Shown here: positions 16,302-26,875 of the stretch, one piece after another
How the letters are laid out: each line of letters opens with the position of its first letter
Numbering within the stretch: position 1 is the first letter of the stretch
From: a virus
Taxonomy: Duplodnaviria; Caudoviricetes
Virus record (IMG/VR): IMGVR_UViG_3300011102_000109
Location: 1-35,697 of that record
DNA: 35,697 nt
Strand: one strand, 5' to 3'
Translations under genes and position numbers: made by a program
Notes under the pieces: model-generated
Database searches by the model: none
The model's input: the letters and a program-made list of their open reading frames with translations, nothing else
Told to the model about the DNA's origin: nothing

Positions 16302-16604
16302 TTAACTGATAATTCCTACACTTCTTAACGCTCCTAGTAAAGCGTTGAGTTTAGTTACAGCATCAGATTCATCTGTAGCGTCTGCTATAGTGACTCCAGA
16401 AGCTATATTCGGAATATCTAGATTACTTACAGTATCTTCTAAAGATTCGATTTCATCTGATAGAGACTCAGAAATAGCTGATAACTCTCTGTTGATATCT
16501 TCAACAAGAGTATTCAGATGACCGAATCTGGCTATCGTCATATTCTCAGGACGACCTAACATATGACGATCCGGTTGTTCAGGTTTAAATCTTCTTACAG
16601 CCAT
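16302..16604 (-). CDS. Head fibre / capsid decoration-like protein, 100 aa
   Basis: C-terminal 'IADATDESDAVTKLNALLGALRSVGII' motif typical of phage head-fibre proteins; directly downstream of the MCP. Confidence 0.65.
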   Translation of the reverse strand: MAVRRFKPEQPDRHMLGRPENMTIARFGHLNTLVEDINRELSAISESLSDEIESLEDTVSNLDIPNIASGVTIADATDESDAVTKLNALLGALRSVGIIS

Positions 16605-16624
16605 TGTAATATTTAATATTTTTA

Positions 16625-16660
16625 ATTCCCGATAGCTTCTCTTGGAAGACTATCGGGAAT
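16625..16660 (-). terminator. Strong hairpin after the MCP stop (partial terminator or mRNA stabiliser)
   Basis: ATTCCCGATAG/CTATCGGGAAT 11-bp stem extended by CTTC/GAAG; lacks a clear U-tail. Confidence 0.55.
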
Positions 16661-16670
16661 AGATTAACAT

Positions 16671-18268
16671 TTAGAATGAACCTCCTGTAATAGGGTTACG
16701 CATTACTAGCTTCATCACTTTAGTAGGATCTTTTACCCAAATAGCAGGCATGGTTTGAGTCATGTATACTTTATAACCATTGAACTGACCACTTGAAGCA
16801 AATCCTTTGGTACGTCCCATGTAGTCCATAGTACCGTTCTGATACCACCAACGAAGTTCTTTATCCCATTCCAGTTGCAACAGGAAGATGTTATCGTTTG
16901 TATTATCGGTAACATCAAAAATGATGAAGTTATATGAACTTAGAGGATATCCATCGATAATCGGGTTTTCGATATCGTTAGTGTGTACGTTATCGAAAGC
17001 AGGATTCAGAACGAATTTCACATTAGCCAAGAATGGAATAATGTAAGAAGTATAAGCGTATCCGAATCCAAGATCCATACCTCTACCGGTGATAGCACCC
17101 AGTTCAGAAGCATTCTGGATTAATCCTGAGTTAACAGCCTCTTTCTTGATAGCTTCGTTAACTAGTTTCATGCCACCCATACCGGTTTGCACAATGATCT
17201 CAGTTTTAGGATCAGGACCTTTGAAGTCTACTTTACCGTTGTAGAAGTTGAACAACTCAGAACGGAATAGATCTAGGTTGAAACTAGATTTATTATAGAT
17301 ACGTTTAAAGGAGTTATCTAATTGACCCCAAAGACCTGTAGACAAACGGATATCATCAGGACCATCTTGTTTGATACGTCCACCTTTACCCCACATCAGG
17401 TAATTTTCGATATCGTTGGCAATCTTAGTCAGATGAGCAGCTTCTAGACGAGTTACGAATGTTCTAGACAGCTGACCGGATTGATAAGCTTTTTTAACAT
17501 ATCCGGGACCCATCTTACGTTCCATATCTTCTAAAGAAGTAACGGAAGGATCCAGACTTTTATCAAAGCTTCTCCAAATCTCAATAACAGGAACAGTACC
17601 GTCAGCATTCATACCACCTCTCATCATAAGATCAGCACGAGAACTTACTGAGAAATGTACGTGAGCTTCAGCTCCACCTACAAAGTTGTAGTACTCACGA
17701 TACCCTGTAGAGATTTCACCCAGATCAGAAAAACGTTCACCGTACTCTCCACGTGCAGAACCTACACGGAATAGTTTAGTACCAGTTTTCAAGTATTTGT
17801 TATCCAAATATTTGAAATTGTCATTGTTAACAAGAGCTACGGTGTAGATGTATCCATCACCAGCAGGGATGATATCATCATCGGTAACATACAATTCAGC
17901 TCCATTGTATTTGTCATAAGTGAAAATATCACCGTGACCAAATGCACGTTTATTAATTCAATACCTTTTTGAGCATTAGCTGGTTCAATGTCACCCATGA
18001 AGTAAGGTAGATCGGCTACCAGAGGAATTTGCCATTTCCACTCACCCTTGGGGTTAGATACATTGATGATGTTTTTACCTCCGAAAGAACTTATTTGATA
18101 AAGAGGTCTTTCAATTTTCTGAGCAAAAGCCCACAAATCAACAGGTCCAATATCCATAGGACCAGAATCTTTCAATAGATTCAGCATGTGATAGGAATCC
18201 ACGTGAGAGCTAGTTGTATAATTAGTCTCACGCATAAATATCCCATTGTTTAATACAGGTGTTGGCAT
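16671..18268 (-). CDS. Major capsid protein, split into two frames by a frameshift near 17958
   Basis: The 143-aa ORF (MPTPVLNNG...PANAQKGI) continues in the -1 frame as INKRAFGHGDIFTYDKYNGAELYVTDD into the 407-aa ORF. Position after portal and scaffold, and a joined size of about 530 aa, fit the crAss-like MCP. Confidence 0.8.
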
Positions 18269-18312
18269 AGGTTAGCTAGTTTGTTTAATTTGGTTAAGGT
18301 ATAAGCAGTAGT

Positions 18313-19581
18313 TTATCGTTTAAAAATATTAGTTTGTCTAGGTATACGTTTTGGTTTATTAAACTCCATATCTTCATCTTGATAAGACGGAGATATCTTT
18401 TTCCTATTCTGTTCAGTTTTAAGTTTCCGAACAGTTTCAGCTACTTTTTCATTAGCTCCCATAGATCGGATTTTATTCCTATATCCTTCAGGATCAGAAA
18501 GTAACCAAAGAGCTTCAGCAATGAGTTTATAATTAGGCTCAACAAACTGATATTTCTCAAGAAGATGACCTAAAAGGTTAGTAGGTCTTCCTGATATCGA
18601 ACTATACTGAGGTTGTGTAAGTCCGTAATATAATTTTGATTGAATGTTTTTATCAACTTTAATACCGTTTATTTCACCATCTTGAAGAGCTTCTGTTACA
18701 TTCTGAATATACTTTTCAGAAGCTTCTTTTTGTTGAGCTTTAATTCTTTCTTGTTCTGCTAGTTTTCTAGCAACATTCTCCTCATGAATTTTATCAAGCT
18801 TCGGTTTAAATTGTTTAGATTTCTTTTCAAGAAGGTTTATATCTTTCCAAGTGAGAATTTCTTCTTCAATTTCCTCATCAGTACCGAAGTTTGTCATTTT
18901 AAGATATTGTCTGACAATAGTTTCTTGATCTTCTTCATTTTCAGGATCAAGTTCTTTAACTTCTTCTACTTCAGACAAAGCCTTAAATAGACCTTTTAAA
19001 TCAGTACCTCCATCTGCTACATATTTAGCAGCATATTGTAACTCAGGAGGGAGAGAATTGAAAAAGTCTTCAGGAACTTTTTCTTCAACTTCCTTTTTGA
19101 TATAGTTGATGTTCTCTCTGTAGAGGTCTTTCAATTCTTTTTCAGACAAACTATTTAGATATTCATCAATAGTTTGTTTGGACTCATCGTAGTCATCATA
19201 TAAAAAGAACTCTTCGTTTTCAACTTGCTCTTTTATAAAATCTACTAAAGAAGACTTATTAGATTTAGGTCTTCCTGGTTTTTTAACGCTAGTTTCATCT
19301 TCAACTTCCTGATCCATTTCATCTAACTCCGATAATACTTCATCGAGTTTTACATCATCTTTTTCTTGTTTTACCTCATCCGATGTTGCGTTTTCATCTT
19401 CAGATTTAGACTTTTCTTCTTCAGGTTCATCGATTTTATCGAGTTCTTCATCGAAAGAATTTGAAGAAAAAAATGACGTTTTTTTATTTTCCGGAGTTAT
19501 GATGTTTTCTGCATCAGGAGCATTTAACCAAGAGTCCAGATCGATTTCAATTTGATTAGTTGTAGTTTGTAATTTATCCAT
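18313..19581 (-). CDS. Acidic capsid scaffolding-like protein (gene-77-like), 422 aa
   Basis: Very D/E-rich N-terminus, coiled-coil C-terminal half, located between portal and MCP. Confidence 0.65.
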   Translation of the reverse strand: MDKLQTTTNQIEIDLDSWLNAPDAENIITPENKKTSFFSSNSFDEELDKIDEPEEEKSKSEDENATSDEVKQEKDDVKLDEVLSELDEMDQEVEDETSVKKPGRPKSNKSSLVDFIKEQVENEEFFLYDDYDESKQTIDEYLNSLSEKELKDLYRENINYIKKEVEEKVPEDFFNSLPPELQYAAKYVADGGTDLKGLFKALSEVEEVKELDPENEEDQETIVRQYLKMTNFGTDEEIEEEILTWKDINLLEKKSKQFKPKLDKIHEENVARKLAEQERIKAQQKEASEKYIQNVTEALQDGEINGIKVDKNIQSKLYYGLTQPQYSSISGRPTNLLGHLLEKYQFVEPNYKLIAEALWLLSDPEGYRNKIRSMGANEKVAETVRKLKTEQNRKKISPSYQDEDMEFNKPKRIPRQTNIFKR

Positions 19582-19606
19582 AAAGAACTGGTTGGTTTTG
19601 TATTCC

Positions 19607-19621
19607 TATATAATAATATAC
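19607..19621 (-). promoter_or_regulatory. Candidate late promoter, copy 2
   Basis: Exact 15-mer about 25 nt upstream of the scaffold ATG (19581). Confidence 0.65.
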
Positions 19622-19699
19622 TATTTAAGAATTATTTAAACTTTAAAACTTTATTTGATAAATAAGATTTTTTTCAATATAGAGCTAAAAAGAAAAGAA

Positions 19700-22453
19700 C
19701 TATTTACTCTTATCTTTGTCTCCACCTTTTACGTCATATCTATTCTTATTTTCTTTGGCTATTTGAAGTTGTTTGTCAGAGATTTCTTTACGAGCTTGTA
19801 ACTCTTCTCTTTTAAGCTGCATTTGCTGTTGAGCAAGATTTATTTTATTTATTTCCTGCTCTTTCTTAAAATTCATTTGTTCTTTGAATTGATTGGTGGA
19901 TTCTATTCGATCTAGCAGATCGAAGTAATCATTTTTATTATTCTGATCAAGGTCACTGTTTGCAGCAAATCTTCCAGCAGAGATCTGAGCTACAAGAATA
20001 TCTTTCTGTCTTTCTTTATCATTTTCCTGAGATTCGAACGCTTGTTCTTCTTGTCTCTTAATTCGTTCTGCTTCAGCTTGCATTTCCAGAATTTCTTTCT
20101 GATGATTTCTATCAGCTTCCAGTTGTTGTTGTTGTTTTTCTTCAGCAGATTTGATGATTTCTTGAATTTCAGATAATGAATCTGATTTAAGGACATTACC
20201 CAGATCATATAAAGATGCACCTGTTGTGTTATTATTAAGAGCCAAAGCTTTGAGTTGACTTATTAATTCTCTAATGTTAGTTGTTGTAGTACAGAATACA
20301 TTTATGTCTCTGAGCAATAGATCTGTACCATTTATCTCAAAATTGATTTTTTCATCAAGTGTAGTAGAATATCTAAGTCTTACACTAGGGTTTGTAGAAT
20401 GATAGTATTGAGCTAAGTCAGTTCTCATCTGATGAACCCTAGGCATCAAATAATCACTATGTCTAGTAAAATAATGTTCTGTTTGAGCGTAACTAGCATT
20501 TACACTTTGTTCAATACCTTTAGCTGTTTCTCTACTTATCTCCTGACCAAGTCTTTGAGGTGTAATACCTACTACCTCAAAAGCTTGATATTTAAAGTAA
20601 TTGGCTAGAGATATTCTTCCAAGCAACCTGTTTGTCTGTTCCAAGTTCAGTACTTGGAAATGTTGGAAATTCAAAGCATTTTCAGTATTGGCAATGGAAG
20701 TATCCAAAGGAAGCATCTGGAAATTCTTCATTACCATCCATGCTTTCTGGAAATTACCTTTACCCCAATCTTCTCCTAAAGAATGTCTAGGTAAAGTGTT
20801 TTGATCTAATAAAATTATAGTACCTAGTTCATCAACAAGAATGTCAGCTATCTGATTGTTCACCAGATTATAACCAATCTGGAAAGGTTTCATCATATCT
20901 ACAAGTGAAGTAGATCTAGTATTACGGTCACTAAACACAGTTCCTTCTACAGGAAGTTTGCAACCGTATAAAGAATTGTCACCTTTGAACTGGAATTTTA
21001 ATCTACCTGGTTTACCACCATTAGGACCAAGATAAATAGCATCAAAGAAGTCACCTTTGTCTCCACGGTGACTTAATCTATTAGGACCTATCTTAATACC
21101 ACCCCATACTTCATTGACCCATATCCAATCTATATGTTCTCCAAAGACCAGATTACCGGCAGTCTTATCTTTATAAATAGTGGTATTGTAAATCGGTTTG
21201 TCAGTGATTTTATAATCTTCAGAAACAATGTCCTGAATCATTTCACCGTCTTCCGTAATTTTGGTAAGATACCCTACTTTTCGTTGGGTTTTCCAATAAA
21301 CAGTAGTTACTCTTAAAAGATCTTCTCTAGAAGAATCAAATAAGTCTTGTTCTCCAGAAATGATAGCATCTATATCAAAATCACCTAAACTTGAAAATTC
21401 CAATGCCGTTTTAAATTGTCTCATACCTAGAGACGGAAATTCCGTATTCCATGCATCGGAACGAGAAGGATCATAAAAACCTCCATCATTTTGTACACCC
21501 GGTAGTATGTATTTAAATCTTTTACTAGGATGAATCATTTCTAGAGATTCCAACTGCTCTTGAGTCATCATCCATCCGTAGTTATCGATAACGTCAGAAA
21601 CTGACATCAAATCGATTTTACCTACATAATCCCCTTGAGAAATATACCTTACTTCAGGTGATTTATGAAAGAAAGTAAACACAGGATTCCATACTTCTAT
21701 ATCATAATCATCTTCCAACATTTTAAAATGCCAGAATTCTCTATCAGTAATCAAGGAATCCCTAAACGCAACAGCTTCTAACTCATTCATTCTAAAACGT
21801 TCAACGTCAACGTTATATTGATGAGTAGCCCACTGTTCTACAATACTAGTATATTTCTTTCTGAAAAAATGTTCTATTTCTGGGAGGGTCTTTAAATTTT
21901 CTTCACTAAGATATTGCTGAGCTTCTTCGGAAGAAAGGTCTGCACCCATTTCAACGAGTTTAGACATGATCTTATTGTAGGCTTTAACCAGTAAAACCTC
22001 TTCAATCATTTTTCTTTTTTCTTCCAACTGCTCGTTAAAGGAAATATCGTCTACGGCTCTAAAAATTATTTTTGCATTTCTCTTAGAAAATTCTCCAGTT
22101 AAAACATTAATGACATTTGGAATGATAGGATAGAATTTCAAATCGTAAGCCCCGTCACTAGAATCATCTTTGGTGAGGTATTCTACGAGATCCGGACAAT
22201 CACTTTCTTCAGGGATATAGTCTGTTTTATCTATAATACCTTGAGCAAGTTTATAATTCTTCAGCAGTCTACGAGCCTGTTTTCTTATCTGTTTAATCCC
22301 TTCTGCTTCATAATAATCAATTACTTCTGAACTCCAATTCAAATCTTCTTTTTCTTTAGAAGACAAAAATTGAAGTGGACGGGTTAGTCCGTTCCAAGTA
22401 TGACGTTTAACTTTAGCTCCAGCCTTCAGCTGTAAAGCATTGTATATTTCCAT
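19700..22453 (-). CDS. Portal protein, 917 aa
   Basis: Follows TerL. 'YPIIPNVINVLTGE', 'SLVDMMKPFQ..YN' and 'GITPQRLG' motifs and a long Q/E/K coiled-coil C-terminal barrel, typical of crAss-like portals. Confidence 0.85.
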   Translation of the reverse strand: MEIYNALQLKAGAKVKRHTWNGLTRPLQFLSSKEKEDLNWSSEVIDYYEAEGIKQIRKQARRLLKNYKLAQGIIDKTDYIPEESDCPDLVEYLTKDDSSDGAYDLKFYPIIPNVINVLTGEFSKRNAKIIFRAVDDISFNEQLEEKRKMIEEVLLVKAYNKIMSKLVEMGADLSSEEAQQYLSEENLKTLPEIEHFFRKKYTSIVEQWATHQYNVDVERFRMNELEAVAFRDSLITDREFWHFKMLEDDYDIEVWNPVFTFFHKSPEVRYISQGDYVGKIDLMSVSDVIDNYGWMMTQEQLESLEMIHPSKRFKYILPGVQNDGGFYDPSRSDAWNTEFPSLGMRQFKTALEFSSLGDFDIDAIISGEQDLFDSSREDLLRVTTVYWKTQRKVGYLTKITEDGEMIQDIVSEDYKITDKPIYNTTIYKDKTAGNLVFGEHIDWIWVNEVWGGIKIGPNRLSHRGDKGDFFDAIYLGPNGGKPGRLKFQFKGDNSLYGCKLPVEGTVFSDRNTRSTSLVDMMKPFQIGYNLVNNQIADILVDELGTIILLDQNTLPRHSLGEDWGKGNFQKAWMVMKNFQMLPLDTSIANTENALNFQHFQVLNLEQTNRLLGRISLANYFKYQAFEVVGITPQRLGQEISRETAKGIEQSVNASYAQTEHYFTRHSDYLMPRVHQMRTDLAQYYHSTNPSVRLRYSTTLDEKINFEINGTDLLLRDINVFCTTTTNIRELISQLKALALNNNTTGASLYDLGNVLKSDSLSEIQEIIKSAEEKQQQQLEADRNHQKEILEMQAEAERIKRQEEQAFESQENDKERQKDILVAQISAGRFAANSDLDQNNKNDYFDLLDRIESTNQFKEQMNFKKEQEINKINLAQQQMQLKREELQARKEISDKQLQIAKENKNRYDVKGGDKDKSK

Positions 22454-22470
22454 GGATACGTTGTGTTATG

Positions 22471-24693
22471 TTATCTTAAGTTTTTAAATCCGGATTTCGG
22501 TTTGAAAAAAGGATTGAACTTTACAGAATATCCTCCGATATTAGAAAAGGGACTCCTTATACTTAATTTACTGAAATTTTGTGATTTTTCAATGGAGTCT
22601 TCTGTAACATTTACTTTTTTGATAGCACCTCTGTTACTAGATTGAACCGTAACAAAAGCTACCAATGCTGAAAAAGCCACCAATCGGTCGACGTTCAAAC
22701 CGTGCTGATAAGCTAACATTTCTTTTAAAATCATAGGGTCCGGAATACGTTCTATTCCAAAATGAATCTTTTTAGCCTTTCCGTTTTCATCATAATCGGC
22801 ACTTAACTCTTCTTTTGTAAATTCTATGGCATATGATAAAAGATGGTTTTTGAAGATCGTTCCGGTATTTTTCCATCCATATTCCGCAAATACATTAGCA
22901 TTCGAATTAATTTCTTTTAAGAATAAGAGTTGATCTTTTTTAACCAAATACTTTTGTAACTTCCTGGATATCATATATTGTATGAACAAACTAATGTTAT
23001 TCTCTACAACAGTCCAGGCATTATAATATCTGATCATCAATTCTAATCTCTCATGTGTCTTTTTAATATCATCAAATCTTCCACACCAAGTAGCTACAAT
23101 TTTACCATTATCCACATAAGATTTTACATCCCCTTCCCCTCTATCTTCAATGATTTCTATATCATTCTTATAAATGATAATAGAACAAAGAGAATCAGAC
23201 GATACCGTTCTTCCTTCACCTACCGGGTCTATTGAAGCGTAATAAGTACCCCACGGAGCGTCTTTAATAGGATGTTCCCAAATACATATTACACCTTCCT
23301 TATCTTCTAGTTTTTTAGGAACAGGGAAATCTTTAATAGGTTGTTTATTTGACTTTTTATATTTAACCTTCCCGGTTTCATCCATGTATAAGTCTACATA
23401 TTCACAAGGGTACTCTCCTTCTTCTATTTTTCTTAACTGTGCATTTACAAGATGAGCTGGAAATAACGGTTCTTTTCTTATTGCAAAAGCTTCTTCAATA
23501 TTAATAGGTTTCTGAGATACACGAAGCTGATAGGTTTCAGGGTCCAGATCTTTTTTCCAACGTTCTCTTTCTATCAATATAGCTTCAATAGCTTCTTCAA
23601 CCAAACTGTTTCCGTACTCATCTATATACGGAGGCATACACCATTGTTCCGGAATAAACAGACCGTGTTTTCCGAATGTTTTGTTTTTATCTAAAAGATC
23701 TGATTCTACCGGAAATATATCATTAGCTACAGGATCCAATATCATTTTCTTCAACGGTTCACACTGATCCAAATCACCCACAGAACCGGCTGCTATGAAA
23801 GTACCTGTAGTAACCATACCGGATTGAAGAGCTGGTCTTATGTACTCATATGTCACATCCATTTTCGGAGCAATACCTGCCTCTTCGTGGAAAAAATAAG
23901 TACAAGGACCACCCACCGAATTTGTAGGATCTTTTTCAAATGAAGTTCCTACAATTACGGATTTTAATCCTTTATAAGTATCTCTTCCGTTAATCCTTAC
24001 TTTAAAACGTTGTTGCCAAGACAGAGCCTTATCAGGATCGTTATGTCTATACCAAGCTGTATGTTCATTTAAAAAGTTTCTGTATTCATCCAGAAACTTC
24101 CAAGATCCTTTCTCATTGATGTAATCTTTTAGAGAAGCTCCTAATTTTAATACCGCTCCTTCTTCAAACCAATACTGATTTATCAACTTGGCTATATGAT
24201 AATAGGAAGAACCGAACTGTCTTTTTTTAATGACAGCTACATGTTTAAAATGCAGCTCTGCTAATAACTCGTAAAGAGCCATGTAATACTGTCCATCCCA
24301 AACATCAGGAAACTTAAACTTCTTTGATATCTTATCGTAGATCGGTAAGAAGTTTATCCACATGTAATATTCACGAGTGATATACCATGTTTTATCTTTA
24401 TGTTTGAAGATGACACCGTTACGACATTTATTTTTTTGGTCGTCCCAATATTCCACATAACCTTTAGATCTTACAGGATAATTACAATAATATCCTTTCT
24501 CATTAAAGTTTTGAGCTTGTTCATTAAATTTTCTAGAACATTCATCAAAACCTATTTTACCAGGTTCTATAAAAATGGATAAAATAAAATCTCGAAACTC
24601 CTCTAAAGTATCAAAAGATCTTTCACTCCAGGTATCTGTATCGTAATCGTATAAAGGGACAACCTTGTACGGCACAAGATTAGAGTTGGTCAT
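22471..24693 (-). CDS. terL: Terminase large subunit, 740 aa
   Basis: Walker A-like KKRQFGSS, Walker B FFHEEAG, RNase H-fold nuclease SIDP motif, VVENN and C-terminal NVDR. Confidence 0.92.
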   Translation of the reverse strand: MTNSNLVPYKVVPLYDYDTDTWSERSFDTLEEFRDFILSIFIEPGKIGFDECSRKFNEQAQNFNEKGYYCNYPVRSKGYVEYWDDQKNKCRNGVIFKHKDKTWYITREYYMWINFLPIYDKISKKFKFPDVWDGQYYMALYELLAELHFKHVAVIKKRQFGSSYYHIAKLINQYWFEEGAVLKLGASLKDYINEKGSWKFLDEYRNFLNEHTAWYRHNDPDKALSWQQRFKVRINGRDTYKGLKSVIVGTSFEKDPTNSVGGPCTYFFHEEAGIAPKMDVTYEYIRPALQSGMVTTGTFIAAGSVGDLDQCEPLKKMILDPVANDIFPVESDLLDKNKTFGKHGLFIPEQWCMPPYIDEYGNSLVEEAIEAILIERERWKKDLDPETYQLRVSQKPINIEEAFAIRKEPLFPAHLVNAQLRKIEEGEYPCEYVDLYMDETGKVKYKKSNKQPIKDFPVPKKLEDKEGVICIWEHPIKDAPWGTYYASIDPVGEGRTVSSDSLCSIIIYKNDIEIIEDRGEGDVKSYVDNGKIVATWCGRFDDIKKTHERLELMIRYYNAWTVVENNISLFIQYMISRKLQKYLVKKDQLLFLKEINSNANVFAEYGWKNTGTIFKNHLLSYAIEFTKEELSADYDENGKAKKIHFGIERIPDPMILKEMLAYQHGLNVDRLVAFSALVAFVTVQSSNRGAIKKVNVTEDSIEKSQNFSKLSIRSPFSNIGGYSVKFNPFFKPKSGFKNLR

Positions 24694-25201
24694 AAGCTGT
24701 GTTTAGTCCACCTCTTACTGAGGTTTTTTGTTCTTCCATTAAATCTTTGTATATACCTTTATAAGATTGTCTGATAGCATCGAATTCTTTAGCAGCACGG
24801 ATTATTTGAACTAAGTTTCCATCTCTACCGTCAGATATCTTTGTATTATTCATATAGTCAGCTATACTATCCAGAGCTTTTTTAATACCCAAATAAGCTC
24901 TCATAGTAGGTGTTTCATAAAGCTTTTTACATTTTTCTAAAGCGTAAATAATTATTTCATCATCCAGTGAAAAATCAATATCTAACTCTTCAATAATCAT
25001 TTCTTCTTTTTCTTCTTCAGTAACGAAAAAGAAAGGGTTTTCTTCAGGATTAGGACAACTCATATAAAAAAGATATCCGAAAATTTTCATGTATATCTCT
25101 TCTTCCGGATATTCTTCCATGATTCTTTTTAAGAAATTTAAATTATAACAGTGTTCTGTAGGTATTACTTTACCATTAGAAACTGTAAAAAGTTTTATCA
25201 T
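24680..25201 (-). CDS. Probable terminase small subunit, 173 aa
   Basis: Helical protein overlapping the TerL start, ending in 'VRGG...AYD'; assignment is by synteny. Confidence 0.5.
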   Translation of the reverse strand: MIKLFTVSNGKVIPTEHCYNLNFLKRIMEEYPEEEIYMKIFGYLFYMSCPNPEENPFFFVTEEEKEEMIIEELDIDFSLDDEIIIYALEKCKKLYETPTMRAYLGIKKALDSIADYMNNTKISDGRDGNLVQIIRAAKEFDAIRQSYKGIYKDLMEEQKTSVRGGLNTAYDQL

Positions 25202-25203
25202 AT

Positions 25204-25431
25204 TTAAATATCAAAAGGTTTTATTCTCGTTATTTCAATTCCATAATGCCAAGTTTCAGATTCTCCTAACGATAATCCATATTCAATCACATCAGTACCA
25301 GGGCGTAACCTAAAACCTGTCACAATTCTTTTATATCCATCAGGATCTGTTTTCAAGTATACTTCTTCTCCATAATCAAACTCCACAGATACTAGATATG
25401 TTGTATTCGAGTTATCAGTGTTTTTTCCCAT
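25204..25431 (-). CDS. Hypothetical protein (about 75 aa, SH3-like beta pattern)
   Basis: ATG at 25431 (MGKNTD...) preferred because the track's start lies inside a hairpin. Motif 'FDYGEEVYLKTDP'. Confidence 0.55.
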   Translation of the reverse strand: MGKNTDNSNTTYLVSVEFDYGEEVYLKTDPDGYKRIVTGFRLRPGTDVIEYGLSLGESETWHYGIEITRIKPFDI

Positions 25432-25437
25432 ATAGTG

Positions 25438-25467
25438 AAAAAAGTACACTGAAAATATCAGTGTACT
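25438..25467 (-). terminator. Terminator-like hairpin
   Basis: AGTACACTGA/TCAGTGTACT 10-bp stem with adjacent A and T runs. Confidence 0.6.
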
Positions 25468-25473
25468 GTTTTT

Positions 25474-25653
25474 TTAAAAGTTGGTTTTGTTCAATATTTC
25501 TCTAAAAGCATTTACGACGTCTGGAGCATGTTCACATTGTGACTCCTTAACGTAAATGTTTCCATCCGAATCAAATCGGATAATTTCTTTTCCTTGTTTG
25601 TCAGTAAGTCTAAGCACAGTAGTTTCTGTAACTTTTTCTCTACTTTTTTCCAT
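25474..25653 (-). CDS. Hypothetical protein, 59 aa (not in the ORF track)
   Basis: MEKSREKVTETTVLRLTDKQGKEIIRFDSDGNIYVKESQCEHAPDVVNAFREILNKTNF*; fills the gap in the operon. Confidence 0.65.
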   Translation of the reverse strand: MEKSREKVTETTVLRLTDKQGKEIIRFDSDGNIYVKESQCEHAPDVVNAFREILNKTNF

Positions 25654-25668
25654 TTCTCATTGATTTGG

Positions 25669-26517
25669 TTAAGAATAAATGTTAGCAAGAATCGTTGACT
25701 TGTTTGATACGATTGAAAGAATTTCGGATTTCAAATATGGTACATCATATTTGACAATATCCTTTACAATAGGATTTCCCAATTCATCCAATCTTACAAT
25801 CGGAAAACCGTATTGATCCTTTTCATCTTCCAACTCAAAAAGAATGTGTTGAATAGTCAATTTTCCAGGCTTCAATTTAGGATTTTGTTTTAAAATCATG
25901 TACATATAAAACCCTAATTGCAGCGTATAATGATTCAAGTTACAATCGTCCAGATGGTTTATCGGAGATAACATTTTCTGAACACTACCATCCCAAGACT
26001 TAAACCCTTCAGATTTTATTTCTTTGTTAGTCTTATAATCATCGATACTGACAATTCCATCCTTTACTGTTATCAAATCCACAATCCCATTCATCTGAGC
26101 TGATTTGAGATATACCATATGTTCCGGATATATCCCATCGTTTAATTTTTGTTCAGGCAGCTTTCTAAACCCTTCTACCACTTCAGGAGTAAACACTTTT
26201 AAACCATTTACTTCACCACTATCTATCAAAAACTTTTCTTGTTTTTTATGATACCAGTCCCCTAAATCAGTACTCCTTTTAGCTTCTTTACCCCAGGCAT
26301 CTTTAATCTCTTCTACACTCATCCCGTACCACTTCCCTTTTTTATTCTTAGAAGCCTTTTCAGCAGCCGCATCAGCATCAAAAGGTTGTTTCAAATAACC
26401 GAGAATTTTTGTAACAGAAGTCCATTTAATAGGATTTCCGTTAATATCTTTCATATCATACAGTTCCCAGTAATGTCTCTGAGGAGATATCACCGGAGTT
26501 ATTAAATCTTCGTTCAT
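25669..26517 (-). CDS. PD-(D/E)xK superfamily exonuclease, 282 aa
   Basis: SVT motif, 'G..YH', 'PE', 'GIVDL', 'DDYKT' and 'YTLQL..Y' (RecB/Cas4-like motif order). Confidence 0.8.
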   Translation of the reverse strand: MNEDLITPVISPQRHYWELYDMKDINGNPIKWTSVTKILGYLKQPFDADAAAEKASKNKKGKWYGMSVEEIKDAWGKEAKRSTDLGDWYHKKQEKFLIDSGEVNGLKVFTPEVVEGFRKLPEQKLNDGIYPEHMVYLKSAQMNGIVDLITVKDGIVSIDDYKTNKEIKSEGFKSWDGSVQKMLSPINHLDDCNLNHYTLQLGFYMYMILKQNPKLKPGKLTIQHILFELEDEKDQYGFPIVRLDELGNPIVKDIVKYDVPYLKSEILSIVSNKSTILANIYS

Positions 26518-26875
26518 ACACTTCTTGTCTACGTTTGTTTTCTATTTCAAATTCCTCTTTCAAAGATTTATACTTCTCTAACATTTCTTTATTCTTACAT
26601 GTCATAGCCTTCTTAGCTTTAAGATAAGGTTGATATATTTTATCTTCAGCATTTACAAATCTTTGAAATTTTTCTATGATCTTGTCTAAGGATGGTTTCT
26701 TTATATTGAAACATCCTAAGTTGTGAACATAGATTTTTATAAATCTCAAATCACTCAAACATTCTCTTACCTCTTTCCAGTAAAAAGAAGAAACTTGATC
26801 TATCAAAGTCTCATCAAGTTTTAGTTCTTCAGCAATCTCTCCAACAAACTCTTTAGCTTTTACAGGTCTAAGCAT
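26456..26875 (-). CDS. HU/IHF-like DNA-binding protein, 139 aa
   Basis: Two N-terminal helices followed by an 'IYVHNLGCFNIK' strand-turn, resembling the HU/IHF GFG.F motif. Confidence 0.6.
   Translation of the reverse strand: MLRPVKAKEFVGEIAEELKLDETLIDQVSSFYWKEVRECLSDLRFIKIYVHNLGCFNIKKPSLDKIIEKFQRFVNAEDKIYQPYLKAKKAMTCKNKEMLEKYKSLKEEFEIENKRRQEVYERRFNNSGDISSETLLGTV

Noticed and set aside
16671-24693. Alternative genetic code (TAG or TGA recoding), as in some crAss-like clades
   Set aside because: Long genes are open in the standard code and the portal ends at TAG. Reading TGA 17958 as sense does not rescue the MCP because a TAA lies six codons upstream in that frame. No suppressor tRNA was seen.
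22471-24693. Intein or intron in TerL
   Set aside because: The ORF is continuous, of ordinary length, and shows no intein splice or homing-endonuclease motifs.
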